DNA from: Caldivirga maquilingensis IC-167
Lineage (GTDB): Archaea; Thermoproteota; Thermoprotei; Thermoproteales; Thermocladiaceae
Length of the DNA: 32,000 bases
Assembly: GCF_000018305.1 (NCBI RefSeq)
Contig: NC_009954.1
Span: 1,470,001-1,502,000, forward strand
Direction: 5' to 3'
Part shown: in pieces, positions 25,939 through 32,000 of the stretch
How the letters are laid out: each line of letters opens with the position of its first letter
Numbering within the stretch: the stretch's first letter is position 1
Position numbers and translations under genes: made by a program
Notes under the pieces: model-generated
The model's database searches: none
Told to the model about the DNA's origin: nothing
Seen by the model: the letters and a program-made list of their open reading frames with translations, nothing else

Positions 25939-27033
25939 ATGTGCACCATTAATGATGTTAGGAACGCGGTTGCCAATGGGGTTAGTAAAACAGCTGCCTT
26001 AAGCCTATTCACTCAATGCGACTTCAGGTTGCTGGCTAAGGTGGCTGATGAATTAACAATGAAGATCACCGGGGACACGGTTACCTTCGTTAATAACGTG
26101 GTTATTAACTACACTAACGTATGCGTGGCTCAATGCCCAATATGCGCCTTCTATAGGCTTAAGGGTCATCCTGAAGCCTACCTGAGGAGTCCCCAGGAGG
26201 TTGTTAAGGGTGTTCTTGAGGCTAGGGCTAATTACGGGGTTAGTGAACTCCACATTAACGGTGGCTTTCACCCAGACTTAACCATAGAGTACTTTGAGGA
26301 GTTATTCAGCAGTGTTAAGAAGGCTGCACCGGAGATTACTATTAAGGGGCCTACTGCCGCTGAGGTGGATTTCTACGCTAAGATTTGGCGCATGAGCACT
26401 AGGGAGGTTCTTGAGAGGCTTAAGGAGGCTGGGTTAGACGCATTATCAGGGGGTGGGGCTGAAATCCTCAGTGAGGATGTTAGGAAGATTATTACCCCAT
26501 ATAAGTTTAATGCCGAAGCCTGGTTGAGGATTTCCCATGAGGCCCATGAATTGGGTTTAAGGAGTAATGCAACAATGATGTATGGGCACGTGGAGGAGCC
26601 CCACCACATAATAGACCACTTATTCTCAATAAGGAGGCTTCAGGAGGAGACCAATGGCATACTACTCTTCATACCCATTAAGTTCGTTCCATGGAATACA
26701 AGGCTCTATAAGGATGGATTAGTTAAGGGTCCTGCACCCACTGAACTGGATGTTAAGGTTACTGCAATATCAAGGATTGTGCTTGGGGGCGTTATTAAGA
26801 GGATTGGGGCCTACTGGACCTCAGTGGGTAAGAGGATTGCCTCAACACTCCTACTGGCTGGGGCTAATGACTTAGTTGGAACCATGATTAATGAACAAGT
26901 GCTTAGGCAAGCCGGCTCAGGCGACGCCTTGAAGCCAACCACCGTGGCTGAGTTGGCTCACATTGCTAGGGAGGTTGGTAGGAGGCCTATGGTTAGGGAC
27001 ACATTCCACACAAGGCTCATTGAGGTGAATTAA
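25939..27033 (+). CDS. Radical SAM enzyme of the MqnC/MqnE (CofH-like) family, futalosine menaquinone pathway (paralog of 24760..25836)
   Basis: 364 aa with NYTNVCVAQCPICAFYR, GGGAEIL, SNATMMYGHVE and LFIPIKFVPWNT motifs. It is divergent from its paralog. Confidence 0.8.
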   Translation: MCTINDVRNAVANGVSKTAALSLFTQCDFRLLAKVADELTMKITGDTVTFVNNVVINYTNVCVAQCPICAFYRLKGHPEAYLRSPQEVVKGVLEARANYGVSELHINGGFHPDLTIEYFEELFSSVKKAAPEITIKGPTAAEVDFYAKIWRMSTREVLERLKEAGLDALSGGGAEILSEDVRKIITPYKFNAEAWLRISHEAHELGLRSNATMMYGHVEEPHHIIDHLFSIRRLQEETNGILLFIPIKFVPWNTRLYKDGLVKGPAPTELDVKVTAISRIVLGGVIKRIGAYWTSVGKRIASTLLLAGANDLVGTMINEQVLRQAGSGDALKPTTVAELAHIAREVGRRPMVRDTFHTRLIEVN

Positions 27034-27770
27034 TGAGGATTGCAAGGCTCAAGTACGCCCACAGTGATCCATTATTCAGGTACTCGGGGTTAAACCCAGT
27101 GTCCGTGAGTAATAATGAGTCTATTAAATTAATCCTAGAGGAGGAGGTTGATGTAGCCTTCGTACCATTAACCTACGCCTCACAGCACTGCGACGTAGTC
27201 AACATGGTCCCCTACTTCGCAGTCTACAGTAGGGGGCCTGTGTTATCGGCTAGGTTATTCAAGGGCTCCGGTAAGGGTTACGCCGCCATTGAGGACACTA
27301 GTGTTAACGCTGGTGTATTATCAGCATTAATGGGGATTAGTTTCGAGAGGGTTTCAGACCCCTATGAGGCTTTAAGGAGGTATGAGGGTGTTTTAGTTAT
27401 TGGTGATGAGGCGCTTAGGATGACTGCCCTAGGCTTACCCTACATTACTGATGTTGGTGAGCTTTGGGAGAGGAGGATTGGTAAACCCCTAGTCTACGCT
27501 GTAATGGTTGCGAGGATTGGGGTGAGTGTTGGTGAATTAATGAGCGTGGTTAATGCCATTAAGGCGTCCCTTAACTCATTCATGAGTAATCCCGAGCCGT
27601 TGATCAGGGAGGTGGCTGGTAGGCTTAATGTGCCTGATTGGGTGATTAGGGATTACTTAATGAAGAGTATTAAGTATGAGGTTAATGATGATGTCATTGA
27701 TGGGATAAACACTGAACTTGAGGTGCTTAAGCTGCATAAATGCCTACGGGTCCTCCCCCGTCAACAGTGA
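27033..27770 (+). CDS. mqnA: MqnA/MqnD-family (PF02621-like) protein, MqnA-like chorismate dehydratase
   Basis: 245 aa. The N-terminal MRIARLKYAHSDPLF fits the MqnA pattern (I..I.Y.N..P) and lacks the MqnD SPCPND motif. VLVIGDEALR is also present. The ATG overlaps the upstream stop (TAATG). Confidence 0.65.
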   Translation: MRIARLKYAHSDPLFRYSGLNPVSVSNNESIKLILEEEVDVAFVPLTYASQHCDVVNMVPYFAVYSRGPVLSARLFKGSGKGYAAIEDTSVNAGVLSALMGISFERVSDPYEALRRYEGVLVIGDEALRMTALGLPYITDVGELWERRIGKPLVYAVMVARIGVSVGELMSVVNAIKASLNSFMSNPEPLIREVAGRLNVPDWVIRDYLMKSIKYEVNDDVIDGINTELEVLKLHKCLRVLPRQQ

Positions 27771-27776
27771 TTCAAC

Positions 27777-28946
27777 CTAACTCCCCCTCCATTTAACCCT
27801 GGGTTTAAGTACACTAGCCTTAGCCTCAATCCTACCCCTATACCTGGCTAAGTCCCTTAATATACCCTTAACCTCATCCCTCATGTTCCTCCTTAACCCA
27901 TACATACCTAACCTAGGTAGAACCCTCCTCTCAGGCTCATAGTTTAAGTCATCCTCAGGCTCCACCCTTGGGTTAGGTAAGTGAACCACCTGTGGTTCAT
28001 AACCCAAAACCTCCCTACTAGCCTCCTTAACCAAGTCAGCTATGGTGTTAAGCGTCAGCACCTCCCTATAATGGTAAACAGTCCTATACTCACCGTCACT
28101 GGGGGGATTCTCCAGGAGTAGTGTCAGGGCCTCGGTGGTGTCTTCAAGGGAGGTGAAGCCCTTCCTCTGAAGCCCGGTACCGTAGACTGTTAACTCGTGG
28201 CCAATCACAGCCTCGGCGCAGAACCTATTGAACACAGTGCCCCATACATCATCGAAGTCAAACCTAGTGAATAATTCATCTGAAACAATATCACTGGTCC
28301 TCGTACCGTAGACCGGCCCCTGGTGGAAGTCAGTTATGGTTAATCCCCATAGCTTATTGGCGTAAACAAGCATGTAAGAGTCGAAGACCTTACTCCAATG
28401 ATACCATGAACCACCCCACCTCGGTACAAGTACCCTATCCTTAACACCATTAATCACAGCGTCAACGAAGGCGTCCTCAGGTAGCTTGAAGGCTGGGTAA
28501 CCGAACTCACCCAGTGTACCCATTTTAAGTAAATGAATCCTACCATTAACCTCCCTTATTGAGTAGATTACGTTGAGGGTTGACTTAAGGTTATTCACCA
28601 TTGTGTAGGAGGCGTGGTTAACATCAATCATTGAGTATGGTGCTGAACGTTGCTCAGCAAAGTGAACTATTGCATCAGGCCTATGCCTCTCAATAATGTG
28701 CCTCACGGCATCGTAATCAGTCACATCAGCCTCATGGAAAACCAGCCTCGATCCATAAACCTCCTCCACAGCCTTAACCCTATCCTCCATGCTTAATATC
28801 GGTAAAGCAGACCATGAACCAACCTCCTCCACAGCCCTCCTAGTGTAGAAGTTATCAACACCAATAACCTCATGACCCCTCCTTATAAGCCTAAGCGCAA
28901 GTGCCCAACCCAGGTAACCATCAACACCAAGTATAAGAATCCTCAC
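27777..28946 (-). CDS. agl3: UDP-sulfoquinovose synthase (SQD1/Agl3-like extended SDR)
   Basis: 389 aa. ILGVDGYLGWALALRL, VHFAEQRSAPYSMID, LLKMGTLGEFG, WYHWSKVFDS, FNRFCAEAVIGHELTVYG and LPNPRVE match, block for block, the plant SQD1 sequence as I remember it. Confidence 0.85.
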   Translation of the reverse strand: MRILILGVDGYLGWALALRLIRRGHEVIGVDNFYTRRAVEEVGSWSALPILSMEDRVKAVEEVYGSRLVFHEADVTDYDAVRHIIERHRPDAIVHFAEQRSAPYSMIDVNHASYTMVNNLKSTLNVIYSIREVNGRIHLLKMGTLGEFGYPAFKLPEDAFVDAVINGVKDRVLVPRWGGSWYHWSKVFDSYMLVYANKLWGLTITDFHQGPVYGTRTSDIVSDELFTRFDFDDVWGTVFNRFCAEAVIGHELTVYGTGLQRKGFTSLEDTTEALTLLLENPPSDGEYRTVYHYREVLTLNTIADLVKEASREVLGYEPQVVHLPNPRVEPEDDLNYEPERRVLPRLGMYGLRRNMRDEVKGILRDLARYRGRIEAKASVLKPRVKWRGS

Positions 28947-29151
28947 AATGACTCGTACACCCTCTAGTTATTTATAATTAACTCACCTCAAGTTAATATA
29001 AGCGCAGCCATAATGATGATTGCGAATACTCTTGGATCCAGGGACTCTTAACCACAATGGACTGACTAATGATTACTCTACCACAGTGGCCACACCTTAA
29101 TTGCTTGGTGTTTGTGTTCAATAAAAATAGTATTGATTAACAATAACAATC

Positions 29152-29159
29152 TTTAAATA
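29152..29159 (+). promoter_or_regulatory. TATA box for thi4 (leaderless)
   Basis: TTTAAATA is centred about 28 nt upstream of ATG 29184. Confidence 0.45.
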
Positions 29160-29183
29160 ATCACCAGTTAATTACTGTGTAGT

Positions 29184-29975
29184 ATGGCCGGCATATCCAT
29201 TAGGGAGGCCAGTATAACAAGGGCCATTGTGAACTCAGCACTAAAACTCCTAAGCGAGTACTCAAGCGTCGACGTAGCCATAGTGGGTGCAGGGCCCTCG
29301 GGGATGACGGCCGCCTACTACTTAGCCAAGGCGGGCTTGAAAACCTTGGTTTTAGAGAGGAGGTTTAGCTTCGGGGGTGGTATTGGAGGAGCAGCTAGCC
29401 ATTTGCCAAGTATCATTGTTGAGCACCCAGTCTCAGAAATACTATCTAAGGACTTCGGTATCAAGATTATGGACATGGGTGATGGACTCTTCACGGTGGA
29501 TCCTGCCGAGATGATAGCTAAGCTAGCCGTTAAGGCCATTGACGCTGGGGCCAAGTTCCTACTTGGGGTTCACGTGGATGACGTGATATACAGGGATAAC
29601 CCACCAAGGATAACTGGCCTAGCCCTCTACTGGGCTACAATCCAAATGGCAGGGGTCCACACAGACCCATTCTTCATTGAGTCCAATGCAGTCGTAGACG
29701 CCACCGGCCACGACGCTGAGGTGGCTGCAGTGGCCTCCAGGAAGATACCGGAATTGGGCATAGTGGTTCGCGGTGAGAAATCAGCCTACGTAGGGGTTGC
29801 AGAGGATCTTGTGGTTAAGTATACAGGTAAGGTCATTGATGGACTATACGTAACGGGGATGGCTGTGGCGGCGGTACATGGTCTACCAAGGATGGGTCCC
29901 ATATTCGGTTCAATGATAATGAGCGGTAAGAGGGTTGCCGAGATAATAATTGAGGATTTAAAGGGCAACCATTAA
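29184..29975 (+). CDS. thi4: Thiamine thiazole synthase (Thi4 family; historically annotated ribose-1,5-bisphosphate isomerase)
   Basis: 263 aa with [20 protein letters not shown] (dinucleotide fold), [11 protein letters not shown] and [16 protein letters not shown]. The protein contains no cysteine at all. GVHTDP occupies the place of the yeast CCMDP sulfur-donor segment. Confidence 0.88.
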   Translation: MAGISIREASITRAIVNSALKLLSEYSSVDVAIVGAGPSGMTAAYYLAKAGLKTLVLERRFSFGGGIGGAASHLPSIIVEHPVSEILSKDFGIKIMDMGDGLFTVDPAEMIAKLAVKAIDAGAKFLLGVHVDDVIYRDNPPRITGLALYWATIQMAGVHTDPFFIESNAVVDATGHDAEVAAVASRKIPELGIVVRGEKSAYVGVAEDLVVKYTGKVIDGLYVTGMAVAAVHGLPRMGPIFGSMIMSGKRVAEIIIEDLKGNH

Positions 29976-30386
29976 TAAATGGCCATGGTGCATTTAAAAT
30001 GTAGCTTAATTACTTAGAAATCTTTGATTTATCTCTGGATTTAGTTAATTTTAGATTACAATGGCTTAGTGAATCTATTATTATTTTAACCATAACAATG
30101 AACATGCAGGTTAGTCCCAATCTTTAGATATGCATGTTAGAATACGATGGAGAATTTATTGATGATTAGTAGCTATTAACAAGGGCCTACATTAAAGCCC
30201 ACGTAAGTGTTAATACTTAAGTAATAATCACTTAAGCTACTGTAGGCTTAGTAATTCAGCTTCTGCATAGCTGTCTTAAAGAATTCAGTGTACACCTGGG
30301 TCTGACTATTCCCAGCCCTACTCATTGCCGGGGCACTGATTAAGAAGTGAAGGATAAAAAGGCTACTGCTAAGGATATGGACCCTT

Positions 30387-30527
30387 CTATTGTTTAAAAT
30401 TTAGTAGCTTCTCTAGCAACTCCTTTTTTCTTTCCCTATCTATTATGGTGTTCCAAAGTAGCTCTACATTATTTAAATCTCCTCTTAGTTTATTCTTAAT
30501 ATTTTCAAACTTATCTTTTATACTCAC
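30387..30527 (-). CDS. Possible 46-aa charged helical ORF, or +1-frame continuation of the exonuclease gene
   Basis: GTG at 30527 begins (M)SIKDKFENIKNKLRGDLNNVELLWNTIIDRERKKELLEKLLNFKQ*. The frame is open for 58 codons (30390-30563) in DNA I estimate at under 30% G+C, where stops should be frequent. It begins 10 nt after the exonuclease stop. Confidence 0.25.
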   Translation of the reverse strand: MSIKDKFENIKNKLRGDLNNVELLWNTIIDRERKKELLEKLLNFKQ

Positions 30528-30537
30528 TACACTTTTT

Positions 30538-31131
30538 CTATTTTTTACACCCCTTAATATTTCTCAGTAGCGTGTCTTTATCTACATCTGGATTCCTCTT
30601 AGATAAATTCTCATTTATAATTTCACTTAAATTATCTTGTTTTAATACTAGTACTGGTAATGTTGCAAATCTATATATATCTAGCAAATCAACTACGAAT
30701 ATTCTCTTCTGTTTATTATTAAAGAAGAATTCCTCAGCTTCTGTTAGATCATTGAATACTCTATTGGCTAAACTTCTATTAGTGAGCAATGGTATGTCAA
30801 ATCTTAGTATATTAAAACCCGTAAGTACGGCCGTAGCATCATTAGGTATATTCTCAATAAGTTTCTTGAAGCCGTTTAATAATTTCTGTTCAGCTTTGTT
30901 GCACTCTTCGTCGTAATCGATCAAACTTTTAATTCCAAAATCCTCAAGTTGATTCTTTATATTCTCATTGCTTTTCGTATTCCTCATCGTATTTATTGAT
31001 CCTTTGTATTCAATTAGCTTTACCCCAATGGCAAGAACCTTATCATTAAGGTGAGGCAGTTTATCAGGTGAGCAAGTTTCTATATCAAAACCCAGTACAA
31101 TCCAAGGTCTTTTTCTTCCCCGATTTACCAC
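30538..31131 (-). CDS. Stand-alone DEDD-type 3'-5' exonuclease resembling the family-B DNA polymerase exonuclease domain
   Basis: 197 aa with a GTG start. ExoI-like IVLGFDIETC (DxE) lies at residues 11-20. ExoII-like TGFNILRFDIPLL (NxxxFD) lies around residue 110. No clear ExoIII YxxxD occurs inside the ORF. The gene is very AT-rich and its Lys/Asn/Ile-rich composition is unlike its neighbours. Confidence 0.6.
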   Translation of the reverse strand: MVNRGRKRPWIVLGFDIETCSPDKLPHLNDKVLAIGVKLIEYKGSINTMRNTKSNENIKNQLEDFGIKSLIDYDEECNKAEQKLLNGFKKLIENIPNDATAVLTGFNILRFDIPLLTNRSLANRVFNDLTEAEEFFFNNKQKRIFVVDLLDIYRFATLPVLVLKQDNLSEIINENLSKRNPDVDKDTLLRNIKGCKK

Positions 31132-31152
31132 TGTAGCTCACTATTACATTAT

Positions 31153-31160
31153 TTTATAAA
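31153..31160 (-). promoter_or_regulatory. TATA box for the exonuclease gene (leaderless)
   Basis: The minus strand reads TTTATAAA, centred about 25 nt upstream of the GTG at 31131. Confidence 0.45.
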
Positions 31161-31440
31161 TGTACTTTATAAATATAACTTCTTAGATCTTTATTCATAC
31201 TATCATTATTTCTTAATTCAATTAATTCATACGGCATAGACACCAGGAGTTTATTGATTCCAAACTCACTTAACACATTTAGGATGTACGTGATAACATC
31301 CTTTGATATTCACCGCCAGGAAATTTGGCATACGCAGTCAGCAGTACCTCACTTACCTTACCCCTACATTGAGCTCCAGTTATATAATCAAGTCTCCTTT
31401 TCCTAAGCCCTTCGGCTACCTTATGGAGTAATACATCCCC
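31157..31440 (-). pseudogene. Start-less, frameshifted gene fragment (two overlapping open frames), possibly a winged-helix-like C-terminal remnant
   Basis: Frame R (31282-31440, 53 codons, no ATG/GTG/TTG near its 5' end): GDVLLHKVAEGLRKRRLDYITGAQCRGKVSEVLLTAYAKFPGGEYQRMLSRTS*. Frame S (31157-31309, 51 codons): ISKDVITYILNVLSEFGINKLLVSMPYELIELRNNDSMNKDLRSYIYKVHL*. The two overlap by 28 nt. The upstream part would lie where the ATPase gene and its promoter now sit. Confidence 0.25.
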
Positions 31441-31485
31441 TTAACCTACTTAGTTACTGAAAGTATTAAAGGGGAGTTAGGGGGA

Positions 31486-32000
31486 ATGATTAACGTGGGT
31501 AGGATTAAGCTTAGTTTTGCGGGTATTCGAGTTGATTTCGTTGATAGGGAGTGGGCTCTTAGGCGTATTGAGAAATGGGCTGAGGGAGGTACTTATCCCG
31601 TTCAGGTTGTTTATGGTCCTGAGGGTTGTGGTAAGACTGCTTGGCTTAGGCAGTCTGTGGAGTTGCTTAGGGGTTTGGGTTTTGATGTTGTTTACGTTAA
31701 TCCAATTAATAGGGAGTTTTTAACGGGATTCAATGTTTTGAGGGATAGGTTCCTTGCCGTTATTAAGGAGACTATTAGCCAGGATGCGTTAGGTAGATTG
31801 GTTTGGTTAGCCTTCGATGTGGCTAAGGAGTTGATTAAGGTTACTAGGGGTAGGGTGGCTGTTATTGTTGATGATGCATTCCAGGTAATTGGGGTTAAGG
31901 AATCAACACTCTACGTTAAAGCACTACTAAACCTAATAGAATACCCACCAGAACAATACGAAAAAATAGTGGCCGTAACCGCTACCAGTGAGGGAGTCTC
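31486..32000 (+). CDS. Archaeal ATPase (PF01637-like P-loop NTPase), 5' part; runs off the window
   Basis: This gene is absent from the ORF track because it stays open to the window edge. My translation from ATG 31486 reads MINVGRIKLSFAGIRVDFVDREWALRRIEKWAEGGTYPVQVVYGPEGCGKTAWLRQSVELLRGLGFDVVYVNP...RGRVAVIVDDAFQVIG...IVAVTATSEGV. Walker A is GPEGCGKT and Walker B is VIVDDAF. The track ORF 31517..31723 is out of frame with it. Confidence 0.8.
   Translation, partial: MINVGRIKLSFAGIRVDFVDREWALRRIEKWAEGGTYPVQVVYGPEGCGKTAWLRQSVELLRGLGFDVVYVNPINREFLTGFNVLRDRFLAVIKETISQDALGRLVWLAFDVAKELIKVTRGRVAVIVDDAFQVIGVKESTLYVKALLNLIEYPPEQYEKIVAVTATSEGV

Noticed and set aside
28990-29100. C/D-box sRNA (ATGATGA ... 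CTGA cta ATGATTA) in the agl3-thi4 spacer
   Set aside because: The C-to-D' spacing is about 42 nt instead of about 12. There is no terminal D box (CTGA) after the C'-like element, and no better arrangement exists on the other strand.
29040-29183. TPP riboswitch upstream of thi4
   Set aside because: None of the conserved THI-box segments (for example CUGAGA / ACCUGAUCUGGAUAAUGCCAGCG-like) is present. The TATA box sits 28 nt from the ATG, which leaves no 5' UTR.
30013-30027. Possible direct repeats flanking the islet (cttagaaatctttga versus cttagatctttatt at 31191-31204)
   Set aside because: The match needs gaps and lies in very AT-rich sequence, so it is indistinguishable from chance.
30281-30340. 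GC-richer patch in the islet as a tRNA fragment or att site
   Set aside because: Only short stems (CTGGG/CCCAG, GCCC/GGGC) with 10-12-nt loops are present. There is no T-arm GTTC(G/A)A(A/T)TC consensus and no D-arm.
31517-31723. Track ORF 31517..31723(+), 68 aa
   Set aside because: It is out of frame within the Walker-motif ATPase reading frame that starts at 31486, and its translation is Leu/Val/Gly low-complexity.

Overview
The window looks like chromosomal DNA from a crenarchaeote. My guess is a Thermoproteales-type organism (Caldivirga/Vulcanisaeta-like), but I cannot verify that here. The guess rests on gene content and on A/T-rich TATA boxes about 25 nt upstream of many start codons, which implies leaderless mRNAs.

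Layout, left to right:
- 1-5.6 kb: a mixed-orientation hydrolase/transporter cluster. It includes a 620-codon hydantoinase/oxoprolinase A gene on the minus strand that runs off the left edge and is missing from the supplied ORF track.
- 5.8-7.7 kb: a tight three-gene operon of a YdjI-type SPFH protein, a 4-TM protein and a helical protein.
- 8.1-17.0 kb: a nearly complete histidine biosynthesis supercluster. hisGABF converges on hisDEHI. hisC is separated from the rest by a frameshifted glycoside-hydrolase-like gene and an SDR gene.
- 17.1-19.5 kb: an orphan ABC substrate-binding protein with a Thr-rich linker, followed by a 640-bp decayed gap.
- 20.1-29.98 kb: a CPA2 antiporter, hemL, a second MHS transporter, a futalosine-pathway mqn cluster, UDP-sulfoquinovose synthase (Agl3/SQD1-like) and a cysteine-free Thi4.
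- 29.98-31.3 kb: a strongly AT-rich islet carrying a stand-alone PolB-exonuclease-like DEDD nuclease flanked by broken or short ORFs. Next to it is a Walker-type archaeal ATPase that runs off the right edge and is also missing from the ORF track.

I found no rRNA, tRNA, CRISPR array or intact IS element.

Most interesting items:
- The SPFH operon.
- The AT-rich exonuclease islet.
- Two independent cases of a homopolymer followed by TAG with the +1 frame staying open (the GH gene and the exonuclease).
- Perfect inverted repeats bracketing the TATA boxes of hisE and hisC.
- The decayed region between the convergent SBP and antiporter genes.
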